A stretch of 64,000 nt of DNA from Octopus sinensis (Eukaryota): assembly GCF_006345805.1 (NCBI RefSeq), contig NC_043020.1:4774001-4838000 (forward strand). Reading direction: 5' to 3'. Position 1 is the first letter of the stretch. Each line of letters opens with the position of its first letter. A program made the translations under genes and the position numbers. A model generated the notes under the pieces. That model had not been told where the DNA came from. It ran no database searches and saw only the letters and a list, made by a program, of their open reading frames with translations. Shown here piece by piece: positions 13,069-27,670 of the stretch.

Positions 13069-13204
13069 TTTACCGGTGAGTGTGTTATATTATAAGGCAC
13101 AAAAAGAAAATGACTCTCCCCAGACACAACAGAATATGCTTCAACACACAAACTCATATAAAGAATCTTGCAAACCAAAATTAAAAAGGAAAAATAATAA
13201 TAAT

Positions 13205-14700
13205 GATTTCACTTATTTGCCACTAGGGCGAAGTAAGGATGAGGGGGACAAACCGAGGCAGATATAAAGTGTGGATGTGGGGGTTACACATAATAATAAT
13301 GAAATGATAAAAAAAAGTAAGTGTACACGGTATACACTGAAATAAGATGCATGAAAAGCATACAAGGATAAAAAAAAGATGGTGGGGAGGATGATAGAGA
13401 TGTTGCCTTCCTCTTACAGGAAGGCCTCTAGAGATAATTGAGAACATCCAATGTCCGAGATTTCCCTGAAACCCTTGGAGCAAGTGCCCACTCCAATTTC
13501 GTCTCTCCGATTCACAGGACTACACTGAGAGAGGTACCATCCACTCTTGCCATTCTCTCAACTTTCACTCACCTTTCAGTAAACTCACTCGAGGACAGCA
13601 CTTCGCTCTCCACTCTCAATTTCCTTTTCAAGTGAAACATGAAGACGTCATTTAGAGCTCTACCATAGATGAATATACTGTCCTCATGCGTTTCAGCCTC
13701 GTCCAACAAACGACCTCTTTGGCCACACTCACCAGGTAAAGGGAAACTGCCTTCCTGTCCGATTGAAGAGGGTGACAGTGTGATCATCAGGATCAGTCCC
13801 ATACGTGACAGCAGCAGTTCAACATAACCCCACAAGTTAGTAATTCCCGGATACTAAACGATGTCCAGCAGTCTGGTTTCATCATGCTGCACACACCTCG
13901 GACAAGCCTGTCTGGCTGGCTGTAGAGTTTAACTCGAACCGGTAGTGCCCCCAATCCCTGGTAGTACTGCCAGGCCAAGGACATCTGGAAATTATCCATG
14001 ATAGTTTCCGACTGCAAAGTTCTCTGGAACAGACTAGTCAGTTCGTTCTCGTCGGCACCCAGAGTCTCCCCGAGAACGTCGTCGCACTTCTCCGCCACTA
14101 ATCCTCTATAAATTTCGAAAGCGGAACATTCGCTGTACCCAATGTCCGACTTGTAGAGGGTTGTGAGCGCCTGACGATATTCGAGGGGCCAGACACCCAG
14201 TCCCGGTCTTTTCTTCACCCAAAACTGCATCTATGTAAAGGAGACGAGCTGCAGAAAGACGAGCTTCACAAACGATGCTCACTCACCGTTTAGACATCGT
14301 TGCAGGTAGCGTAACCTAAGAACGTGTCTGCGTATTAGGAGCCACGGCCTATTCAAATCCGCCACTCAGAGGATGCTGGCAACAGACTGACCGCCTGAAC
14401 ATTGGAACGCGTCCTTTCAACAAGAATTTAAATAAGAGACGCTCCAACCTGGTCAAGCAGTAACCGGGACAAGGCACGACGGTCAGGAGATAAAAATGAT
14501 AACGGAGGCGATGTAAGCAATCGCCACCTCTACCCGACCTTCCAGGGCAGCTTTCTTTCAGTCCATTTCTGTGCAAGACAAGCCACCCTGTTCGCCTGAT
14601 GTCCCAGTTCTTATCAACCTGGAGGTCGGGATTAAACCAGACTCCGAGCAGTTTAACTGGTCCCTCGGTCGAGCGTCCGACGACGCCGTCCGATGGCATC
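13205..14700 (-). mobile_element. 5'-truncated Tx1/L1-clade LINE relic
   Basis: VKLLGVWF...KNW, LERLLFKFL, QHPLSGG, LAW...ALPV and a degenerate C-terminal Cys/ET region, frameshifted; T-rich 3'UTR ending at (ATT)n. Confidence 0.75.
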
Positions 14701-15291
14701 AATGAAACAACACTCTTATTTCTGCTGAGCTAAGACAAAACAAATGACACGAGGAAACATGCATATAAAACTAGACTTCAAAATCAAGTCAGCCTGCATA
14801 AATATAAATAATCTGAAAGGAAACTTGAAAATGGACGCATCACGCCGGAATACATTTTTGTTGACAGGCAATTATTGGCTGTGCTTAAAATGGCCGTCCA
14901 TTCATATTCGCTGCTTTAGTTTTCTCATTTCTTTTCTTTGACATATGAAAGGAACCATTAATGTTCCGTCTTTGGCGTTAAAAGATAAAAGACAATATTG
15001 AAGGAGATACGAGAACGGTTCTGCAATTTGCATTGAGATAACTAAATAAAGATTTTCGTTAAAATGTGATATATGTATATGGCTGTGTAGTTAGTAAGAA
15101 GTTTACTGCCCAACCAGATGGGTCCGTGTTCAGTCCCGCCGTTCGGCGCCTTGAGCAAACTAAAAAGCGGTCTCTTATATGTACATACATGCATAGACAC
15201 ACACACGTATATGTATGTATGTCTGTATGTATGTATGTATGTATGTATGTATGTATGTATCTATTTATGTATGTATGTATATATATATATG

Positions 15292-15322
<31 letters not shown>

Positions 15323-15520
15323 ATAAACTCCTTTCACTGGATACAGTAAAAGGAGTAACCCTGTTGTATGATGGCGTACGGTAGCTGATAAATGTATCCG
15401 AATTTTGAAGTAAACGTTTTGAGGTTATTACCTCATGGTAAAGAAACCATGTCTAAAGTGCGCAACGAAGCGCAGCCTCATGATACCATGTCGCGTCCAG
15501 ACATTAAATCCGTTGCTTAT

Positions 15521-15891
15521 CTTTTATATTTTACTTGTTTCATCCTTTGATTGCGGCCATGCTGAGACATCGCCTCGAAGAAGTTTTAGGCGAATGAATG
15601 GACCCTAATACACATTCTTTTAAAAGCCAGGTTCTTATTTTATCGGTAATCTAGCCGAACCGCTATGTCACAGGCACGGAAAAAAATCAGCACCAGTTGT
15701 TAAGCGGTAGTAGGAGAAGACAGTCCGAAAGACATACACATACAGCGAGCTTCTTTCAGTTTCCGTCTACCAACTCCGCTCACAAGCCTTTGGTGTGTTC
15801 GAGACTATATTAGAAGACACTAGCACAAGATACCGCATAGTGAGACCGAACCTAGAACCATGTGGTTTGGAAGCAAGTTTCTTACCGCACA
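15521..15891 (-). mobile_element. Diverged SINE-A
   Basis: Tail, body and head colinear with the family. Confidence 0.85.
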
Positions 15892-15899
15892 ATTACAGT

Positions 15900-17065
15900 T
15901 TCTCTTACACCTGAAGTCTTAGAGATATTTCACCATAAAGCAAATACGTTTTCCTCGTTCAGTTTGATTTTTCAAGATGTGTTCGCCTTTGAGATTCTTG
16001 GGAGAGGCTGGAGAATTCTTCCGGAAATACTTTAAAAGATGCAGAAATACAATCCACAAGAATTCACTGGTAATTCAGAAATATGTGCAACAGAATCGGA
16101 GTTACAGGTGTAAAAGAATTCTTGTGTGCATGTTACAGGTGTAAAGGAATTCTTCATTGAGACCGATGACTCAAAAGAATATTGGCGGATCGAGATTAAA
16201 ACCAAATGTTCTGTATCGTACATAGATTACTCGCTTGAATCTCATTGGTAGATCTGACAGCATACCATTCTCCGTTGAAGAATTTCAACAAGTGGCTGGT
16301 TTGTGTTAAGCGTGAACAGAACGCAAACCGCAAACCAAAATTTCACCAACCAGATTATATTTCACAAAGGCTGCATACACTTCTGAACACTTAGACACTG
16401 ACTTCAAACGAACTGTTCCTAATATTAACAAGAATCGATATTTTCTCAATATCATAAGCTCCACGGGTTACTTTTCCTGTTTTCTTGTACAAACATGATT
16501 ACATCAACAAACAATCATTTCCGTTACCAGCGGTTTCCTATTTTTGGAATCATTCTGGTGGTGAAGATAATTTTATGAGTTGGAAAGTGAATTAATTTTT
16601 TTTTCTTTTACAGACAATGGAATTTCATGTGGTAGAGTTACTGGTTATAATTTTCAAGATTAGGGAAAGATTTGATGAAATTATTTGGTCATCAATCACG
16701 TGGCCTTTTACACTACGTGGATGGCCTATTCAAGTCTGATAGACTGTCCAGGGTTCATAAACTGTGAATCTCAACTCACTCTGGTCGTTGTTGTGTACTG
16801 CAATCAACACTAACCACTCTACTACCTGAAAAAAATTTCTGAATTATTCTCGTTTTTCTAGAAACGCCTCAATATTCGAGAGACTGGGTAACCCTGGAAC
16901 AGAAATATCATATCTGTGCGACCCGAAAGATTCTTTTCGTCGATGAAGTGTAAACCTTACAAGGAAACCCTCGCAGTGCTCATGCTCGGTACCAAACAGC
17001 AAAGATGGTACTGAGTCTGCTAGACATTTACTGCAAATACAAATTGTCATCAAACAGGAGACTTG
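15900..17065 (+). mobile_element. Highly decayed Gypsy/Ty3 integrase region
   Basis: Fragmentary translations KPKFHQP, LDTDFKRTVPNINKNRYFLNII, HSGGEDNFMS, RFDEIIW with many stops. Confidence 0.6.
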
Positions 17066-17083
17066 AGCACAATTTCAAAATAT

Positions 17084-17465
17084 CATTTTCTACTCTAGAC
17101 ACAAAGCCCGAAATTTTCGAGGAGGGGGCTAGTCGATTAGATCGACCCAAATACACAACTGGCACTTAATTTATCGACGCTGAAAGAATGAAAGGCAAAG
17201 TCGACCTCGGCGGAATTTGAACTCAGAACGTAACGGCAGACGAAATACAGCAAAGCATTTTGCCCGGTGTGCTTAACCTTTTTAGTAGCTCGCCACCACA
17301 AATCTCAAAATATCCTTTTCTAACTCTAGGCATAAGGCCCGAAATTTTTTTGGGACATGGGGGGGGGGCAGTCGATTAGATCGACTCCAGTACGCAACTG
17401 GTACTTAATTTATCGATCCCGAAATGGTGAAAGGCAAAGTCGTGCTAAACGTTTCTTATTTCTTG
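17084..17465 (-). mobile_element. SINE-B tandem/nested copies (tail R)
   Basis: Full copy 17084-17297 flanked by a CACAA(A)T.TCAAAATATC duplication; partial copy 17314-17443. Confidence 0.88.
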
Positions 17466-17479
17466 GGCAATAAAGAAAT

Positions 17480-17680
17480 GTGTCTGTGTTTGTCCGCCCC
17501 ACCATCGCTTAACAACCGGTGTTGGTGTGTTCACGTCCTCGCAACTTAGTGGCTCGGTAAAAGGAGTCCGATAGAATAAGTACTAGGCTTACAAAGAATA
17601 AGTCATGGGATCTATTTGTTCGCCTTAAAGGCGGTGCTCCAGCGTGGCCACAATCGGATGACTGCAACAAGTGAAAGAAT
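17480..17680 (+). mobile_element. SINE-A 3' half
   Basis: GTGTTTGTCC...GATAGAATAAGTACTAGG...GGCGGTGCTCCAGC. Confidence 0.85.
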
Positions 17681-17721
17681 AAATGAGCAAATGAGTAAAT
17701 TAATAAATTATAATCTCTCTC

Positions 17722-18360
17722 ATTTAATCTCTCTCTCTCTCATTTAATCTCACTCTCATTTAATCTCCTTTTCTCTTATTTAATCTCTCTCTCTCTCATT
17801 TAATCTCACTCTCATTTAATCTCCTTTTCTCTTATTTAATCTCTCTCTCTCATTTAATCTCACTCTCATTTAATCTCCTTTTCTCTTATTTAATCTCTCT
17901 CTCTCTCATTTAATCTCACTCTCATTTAATCTCCTTTTCTCTTATTTAATCTCTCTCTCTCTCATTTAATCTCACTCTCATTTAATCTCCTTTTCTCTTA
18001 TTTAATCTCTCTCTCTCTCATTAATCTCACTCTCATTTAATCTCCTTTTCTCTTATTTAATCTCTCTCTCTCATTTAATCTCACTCTCATTTAATCTCCT
18101 TTTCTCTTATTTAATCTCTCTCTCTCTCTCTCATTTAATCTCACTCTCATTTAATCTCCTTTTCTCTTATTTAATCACTCTCTCTCTCATTTAATCTCAC
18201 TCTCATTTAATCTCCTTTTCTCTTATTTAATCTCTCTCTCTCTCTCATTTAATCTCACTCTCATTTAATCTCCTTTTCTCTTATTTAATCTCTCTCTCTC
18301 TCATTTAATCTCACTCTCATTTAATCTCCTTTTCTCTTATTTAATCTCTCTCTCATCTAA
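17722..18360. repeat. About 56-bp minisatellite (about 11 copies) built from three ATTTAATCTC-initiated subunits
   Basis: Unit ATTTAATCTC(TC)n-ATTTAATCTCACTCTC-ATTTAATCTCCTTTTCTCTT. Confidence 0.95.
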
Positions 18361-19227
18361 TCTCTCTCTTTTTCTTTCACTCTTTCTCTCTCTCTTTTGT
18401 TTCCTATCTCTTTCGTTCTCTCTCTACCTCTCTTTCATTCTTTGTAACTGTATGTGTATATTTTTGATCGCCTGTGTATTTGCTTGCAGCGCCAAAATTA
18501 CTGTCTCCAAAACAGCCTGAATGTCCGACCAGCTGTGCCAAAATATTAGCATCAAAACAACTGCACCCAGGTCTCTTATTCTGAATCTCAGGGTGGTTCT
18601 TGCGGGTTTCAAATCTATTCGAATTTGTGAATCGAGGAAGAAAAGAAGAAATTTTTCAGAAACGGAAGACTGTTGTGCAAATGTTTTAACACAAGCTGTG
18701 TAGACAGAAACAGTAAATTCTTTACTACTAAACACGAAAGTATTTCTTAAATATTTCAAGAAACGAACGAACCAAAACAATGGTTTAAATTGAATAATTC
18801 AGTTATAAAAGAAAGCTCGGATTCGCCTTTAGCGCTTCATCTATAGACTAACGTTACATGTCGTCTGGTAATTACTGAAGATGGAGTCATTAACCAGCAT
18901 TTAAGAAGTTTTGCTGTATGTTGTCGTACGAATCGAGTCATTTGTCTGTTGCTTGTTCTGTTGTTATTAAGTGTTGTGTGGATACTGGCAGCTTAATGTT
19001 GAATAAAAACCCCTCAGATAAAAATCTTTCATTGCAGGATAGTGTAATTACCCAAGATTTGGCTTCTAAAATGGAAACTAAATCGTTATTACGTCGCAGA
19101 AACATGATATGAGTTGTATAGAGCGTAGCATCTCGTATGGAATGATTTGAATTTTCTTACAAACCAGCAGATTTCAGAAGACAGATAAGTCAGTTACATC
19201 ATCTCCAGTGCTTAAATAGTGACGATG

Positions 19228-19551
<324 letters not shown>

Positions 19552-19552
<1 letters not shown>

Positions 19553-19766
19553 CCTTTCTACTAAAAGGCAGAAGGCTTTGAAATTTGGAGGAGGGTGATA
19601 ATCGATTACACTGACCCAAGTACACAACTGGTATTTATTTTAATCGACACCCGAAATTATGAAAGGCAATTCGACCTCGGAAGAATTTTGAACTCATAAT
19701 GTTGAGACGGATGAGATGAAGCTAAGCATTTTGTCCGGCATGCTAACGATTCTTTCAGCTCGCCGT
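19552..19766 (-). mobile_element. SINE-B (tail R) ending in (ATT)n
   Basis: Colinear with 17084-17297. Confidence 0.85.
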
Positions 19767-20289
19767 CTTCACCTCATACATAATACACTTCCAAAGAACA
19801 TTATTTTACAAATTCGAGTATTTACCAGCCCAAGACGCGAACATGCATCTCCAGCATTTCCCGGACATCATTTTCTCGTACCAGGTTCTTCTGTGTAACT
19901 TCACACAGTATTTTACGCAATATCAGAAAAAAAATCCCACATATCAGAAAATATTTTTTCCCCCATCTTGAACACGTACTCTATAATTTCCGATTTTTCT
20001 CTATAGCACAGAGATCCTCTTCTAGTAAGGTCTGTTAAAATCGATTAAATCGATCAGTGCTAGAATAGTGATATATATATATCTGATCGATGTTGGCGGA
20101 ATACTAGCCATACAATTAGTTGCTGTAAAAATCCTCTCTATCTTGTTACTTTGATTTATGTGTCAATTCTAACATCTTTACAATAAAATAAAATAATGTT
20201 ATGCTTTCACCATAGAAAATACCTTGGATTTACAAAAGAACCAATACTTCAATGTTGTTGATTAGCACCAGGTCGGTTCTGAGAGATGA

Positions 20290-20450
20290 GCTTCTTTAGG
20301 ATTTGGTCGTTCTGCGCTGTTTAACACATTCGATGGCGAGCTTCCTCCAAAGGTTTCGGTCGGATAGCTCTCTTGCACATCCATTCGATGTGACGTTTGT
20401 TTGTCTTCAGGCCATCTTGTAATGTCCGCCGTACATTGATCTTTGTTCTG
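20290..20450 (-). mobile_element. Possible RTE-like LINE C-terminal remnant
   Basis: Minus strand RRTLQDGLK...SDRNLWRKLAIEC across a frameshift. Confidence 0.4.
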
Positions 20451-21949
20451 ATAGCGGAAATATAAAATCTAATTGATTCCAATAGAGACCTTCTAATCAG
20501 CTTGCAAATCAAGTGCGAATGAAAGAGATTTGACTGTCATTTCGAGCCGGTCGAGTGTCGATGTAGGGTGGGTTATCTTGTTTCGATGGACAGAGAGAGG
20601 GGATGTTGGGGTTATCGTGACCTTCTAAATTGTATTAATGATGTAATAAAAGTGATTTCAAATAGCGGTTCCTAATTCCTTCCCCGCATACAGCGAGGAA
20701 ATTAATGATTTCATCTCTTTGTCTCTTTGTATAAACATACATATAGACCTTATATATAAATATGCATGTTACGCTACCTGCGGTATTCGAGTACTATTTT
20801 CTCACGTTGTTTTGCATTTATGTGCTTACCCATGTGTGTATGTATGTATGCATGTATGTATGTATGTATGTATATATCTACGCGTACGCGAGAAAAATGC
20901 ACGTGCAGTTTGCGCAAAAAAACCGGCTGCCTTGAAATAATTCCACAAAAGTAGTATATTTAAGAGACCAAAAAAGTAAGATGAAAAAGAAATATTTTCT
21001 TCAAACTTGGCATGAAGGAAGGAAAGACTATTTGGTTTCTCGAGAAGTGCTTTTTTTGTGTGTTTTACCATAACTTCGTTTTTAACAAAACCAAAAATTT
21101 TATTGAAATAAAGGTATGCTTAATTATTTTTTAATGAAAAGAAAACACTGATTACTTTTTATTCAGCAGATCTGATTCAGCACCGTCCATTGGACGGGGG
21201 GCGTTTTGCTCGTAAATATATATATATATATATTCAGAGTAGCATATATGGAGAAAGGGAAGAGTATACTGATATGTTGATATCTTGCCAATAGGCTGTG
21301 TAGTTAAGCAGGATATGTGATATAAATTATCTTTGATAGAAAATAGTTGCAGATTCTCATTATAGAAATCGTTGAGATTTTACATCTTTATCTTCGTAAC
21401 GCACTACAAGGAAATTAACTTTAAAGAATATACCCAGCTCTGCTTAAAGACTGGAATATAAATATAATTCACTCCCAACTGAAAGACTGATTTAATCAAT
21501 AGTAAAAACAGTTTAACACGCACCAAGACTGGATAGAAGTAATCTGTCAGGGAAATTTCATGCTGAGAGTCACAGAACAAACGACCTTGTTTAGGCTGCC
21601 GTGTAAAATTTTCTCGAAAATGCGCTCCCAAAGATTTTCAGGATTTTAAACATATACACTCACCTGCAAACGGAGACTCTGTTAGTCACACCATATATAT
21701 AGTCACTAAATATTCTCTCTCACGCATACACAAACACAAGGCCCGTAACTCCTATAAATGCACACAGCTAGATACACGTATGTGTATGTATGTATGTATG
21801 TATGTATGTATGTATTTACGTATGTATTTATATATGTATGCATGCATATATGTATGTATGTATTTATGTAAGTATGTATGAATGCATGTATGTATGCATG
21901 TATGTATGTATGTATGTATGTATGAATGTATATATGTATGTATGTATGT

Positions 21950-24310
<2,361 letters not shown>

Positions 24311-24535
24311 ATTATGTATGTGTGTGTATCTATACCTTTATTTATCTATTTATCACCTGTTTATATATATATGTATATATATATTTATACATGTATATGC
24401 ATTTATATGTTTGTATATGTATATATATATATATGTATGCATATATATGTATATATATATGTATATATATATTTATATGTATATATATATGTATGAATAT
24501 ATATATGTATATATATCTATGTATGTATGAATATA

Positions 24536-24597
<62 letters not shown>

Positions 24598-24961
24598 ATA
24601 TACATATGCATGTGTATGCGTGTATATACAACAAAATACAGCAATCGTTATTTTCCACCACGTTGGATGGGAAAAAAGAAAGATCTTGAATTTAACTGCT
24701 TAGAATATTAACGAATATTTTTCATACAGAACTTTTTTGATCAGTGCAACAAATGGCGTCAGATTATCACATTTAAATAGGAATATTTTTTATCCTTAGC
24801 GACAAAAGAATATGTCTTAACACGATATTTCATTTTAGAATAGACTCAACATTTTAGATATTTTATCTCAGCTACACTACCGAACAATTATTATGTCTGT
24901 TTGCCAACTCCTATCTATCGGCTTCTACCCTTTACTGAATATATATATATATATATATATT

Positions 24962-25274
24962 TTATGCTCCCTTTTCAAGCCTCACCAGGCTCATGGGCCC
25001 AGTTTCCCGGTTTCTGTGGCGTATGTATTCGCCCACTAGCTGGACGGGACGCCAGTCCATCGCAGCGTTACTCAAGAAACGGGAGGAAAGAGTGAGAGAA
25101 AGTTTGGGCGAAAGAGTACGGGCGAACGAGTACAACAGGGGTCGCCACCACCCCCTACCGGAGCCTCGTGGAGCTTTAGGCGTTTTCGCTCAATAAACAC
25201 ACACAACGCTCGGTCTGGGAATCGAAACGGCGATCCTCCGACCGCGAGTCCGCTGCCCTAACCACTGGGCCATT
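24962..25274 (-). mobile_element. SINE-C head plus tail 3
   Basis: Head ATGGCCCAGTGGTTAGGGCAGCGGACTCGC...; tail GAGTAACGCTGCGATGGACTGGCGTCCCGTCCAG shared with 26972 and 51899. Confidence 0.9.
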
Positions 25275-25299
25275 TATAATAGTATAAAATGCAATTATA

Positions 25300-25654
25300 A
25301 TTAAGTGTGTGAGCGCGCATTGTCATACAACAACAAGATTTTCTTCGACAATAGGCTTCGGGGTTTGGTGTGAATTGCTGGCCAGAAAACCGCCGTATTT
25401 TTGCACTGTTGAACGTGAACTCCTTTTCCAGAGAAGTCTGATCACTGCTCTTTGTTCTTCTTTGGTGCATATCGCTAGTGGAACGGCCATGCTTACACCG
25501 TGAATCCAGAAAGAGAAATGGCGCGGTCAGGCGCAAATTTCAACTACGTGACCACAATAGCACCAATTATAAGCACGCATGCGCAGAAGGAAGTGTGACA
25601 ATAATGAAGATGTGTTATAGCCAAAGTGTGGATAACTTTTGATTTCCCTTCGTA
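25300..25654 (-). mobile_element. Internally deleted mariner relic
   Basis: TIR-like TACGAAGGGAAATCAAAAGTTATCC; translations ICTKEEQRAVIRLLW and KKILLLYDNARSH. Confidence 0.75.
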
Positions 25655-25822
25655 CACACATACCCCCCCCCACATATATATATATTCAGTAAAAACAATT
25701 AAGATTCAAGTGAGTTCCAATGAATTCACATGAATGCGGTACTTAACTTAGATGCACCAGAAATCTATATGGTATTAACCATAAAATAATGTGGGGTGAT
25801 AATAAACAAGAATGGATTAGTC

Positions 25823-25914
25823 GTTCAGTACAATTGTTTCATACGAAGAACAGCTTTATTAAAAGCTGCAAAAATTGCAGCAAATACAAGTGTCCCGTAT
25901 TCATCAGCCAAAAC
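25823..25914 (-). ncRNA. Type I hammerhead motif with long branched stem II
   Basis: TTTGG-CTGATGA-ATACG...CGTAT-GAAAC-AATT-GTA-CTGAA; palindromic stem III ACAATTGT; lies in a (TA)n-flanked segment at about 25685-26078. Confidence 0.68.
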
Positions 25915-26791
25915 ACATATGAGTTTTCCAAACATCCTAATGGGTGAGGCTACACTCAAGAAGTATCGAAGAGAGTTCTATAAAAAGCAAAGTTAGATTG
26001 TAAGCAGACTTCAAAAGTTCTCTAATGATGCACAGTTTTATAAAAGGTTTTTAAAAAAGTTTGTTAGCTTTTTTTCTTGTATATATATATATATATAAAA
26101 TATAAGATAGTAACAAAGAGGTACGGCCGTCATGTGGCCGGCTGTTATGTACTGAGTCTGATATTCACTTAATATTGTTGAATATGCATGTTACTCAGAC
26201 CTAACAAGGTGTCTCAATTTAAGAACCTAATTCAATCAAATCATAATTGTATTAAATACATGTATGTATATGTGTGTCTGTGTATTTCTGTGTGTGAGTA
26301 CGTGTGTGTGTAAGAAAACGAAAACGGAGAAATTGACCTCTAGACATCACTTTATTAAAAGCAATCCAATTTCAAACAATATCAAACTCATATAACCTAC
26401 AAATTGTTTTCATGTCTGTCCAAGTAATTCAAATAAGAAAAATTAAATTAAAGATTCGTATTGAATATATTTAATTGAACATTTCGTCAGGATCAGAACT
26501 TGACAGTAAAAGAAACTTCATTTGAAATTTAATTTGTTTTAATAAATTGATGTCTGTTGGTCAATTTCTTAGTTTTCTATTTCTTATACATAAATAATAT
26601 ACTCATAACCATCAATGTGACGCTAACATCTTTTGATATTTCATTGATACTCAGGACAAAATCGGGGTCCCTGGATGCTGACATCCCTTTAAGAAGTGCT
26701 TATATTCTTGAAATATATATACATACATGATAGTCGCCATGATAGATCGTTAGCCACTACACACATTTTTTTCTCTCCTTGTTTTTTCTGT

Positions 26792-26833
26792 GTCCCTTTG
26801 TGTAGAAGAGCGTAGGCTCGAAACGTAAAAGAC
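26792..26833 (+). ncRNA. Variant/degenerate minimal hammerhead motif
   Basis: CTTT-GTGTAGA-A-GAGC gtag GCTC-GAAAC-GTA-AAAG; stems intact, core deviates from CTGANGA at two positions. Confidence 0.5.
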
Positions 26834-26921
26834 TTTTTCTATTCCTGAGCGTTATACTAATACATCTGTTTGTTTTGTACTCCACCTGGCTTCGTCTTTT
26901 GTATTTTTCGTAAACTCTCCC

Positions 26922-26955
<34 letters not shown>

Positions 26956-26971
26956 GTGTGTGTCTGTGTGT

Positions 26972-27214
26972 GTGGAGGTAAGGGGCTTAGTGGGTAGGGT
27001 GTCTGCACCATGATCGTAGGATTGTGGTTTCTGTTGCTGGACCGGCTGACGCATTGTGTTCTTGAGCAAAACACTTCATTTCACGTTGCTCCAGTCCACC
27101 CAGCTGGTAGAAATGAGTAACGCTGCGATGGTCTGGCGTCCCATCCAGCTGGGGAACACATACACCATAGAAACTGGGCCCATGAGCCTGGCTAGGCTTT
27201 AAAAGGGCGCATTT
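26972..27214 (+). mobile_element. SINE-E head plus tail 3
   Basis: CORE-like TTGTGTTCTTGAGCAAAACACTTCATTTCAC; matches 51899-52121. Confidence 0.88.
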
Positions 27215-27217
27215 ATC

Positions 27218-27277
<60 letters not shown>

Positions 27278-27670
27278 AAGCTTGTCACAAGCTCATCTAT
27301 ACTTGGGCCGTATTCGAACACATAAGAAATGATTTCACTGTTATTTGTTACGGAAAAATCATGTATACCGTTATGCAGGATCTGGCGACGAAACGGAAGA
27401 TTTCTAAGTACTTTTTAGTATATGTGCTCTTTTGAAGTAGTTATCATTTTGTATCTGTTCTCATCCCTTGCGTGAACAAATATTTATTGTAGATACAGCA
27501 GATTTAGATTGGTAACTGGGGATCTCTGTTCGTAGTTTCTTGAATTTCCAATCTCAGGACTTCATTTCGTCTCCGATGAAGAGCTAGCTCAGAACTGAAA
27601 TAACTCCTCTATTTATACCCAGCATCTTACTTCCGACGCTAAATTTAGTTTTGAATATTATATTGAATAA

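Noticed and set aside
18430-19200. Possible gag/protease relic (VDTGS in ORF 18918-19112)
   Set aside because: Only a 5-residue motif, and its position relative to the integrase relic is wrong for a single element
27573-27595. CCGATGA-A-GAGC-TA-GCTC-AGAAC hammerhead-like string
   Set aside because: Both core boxes altered and no stem I or III; at most a fossil
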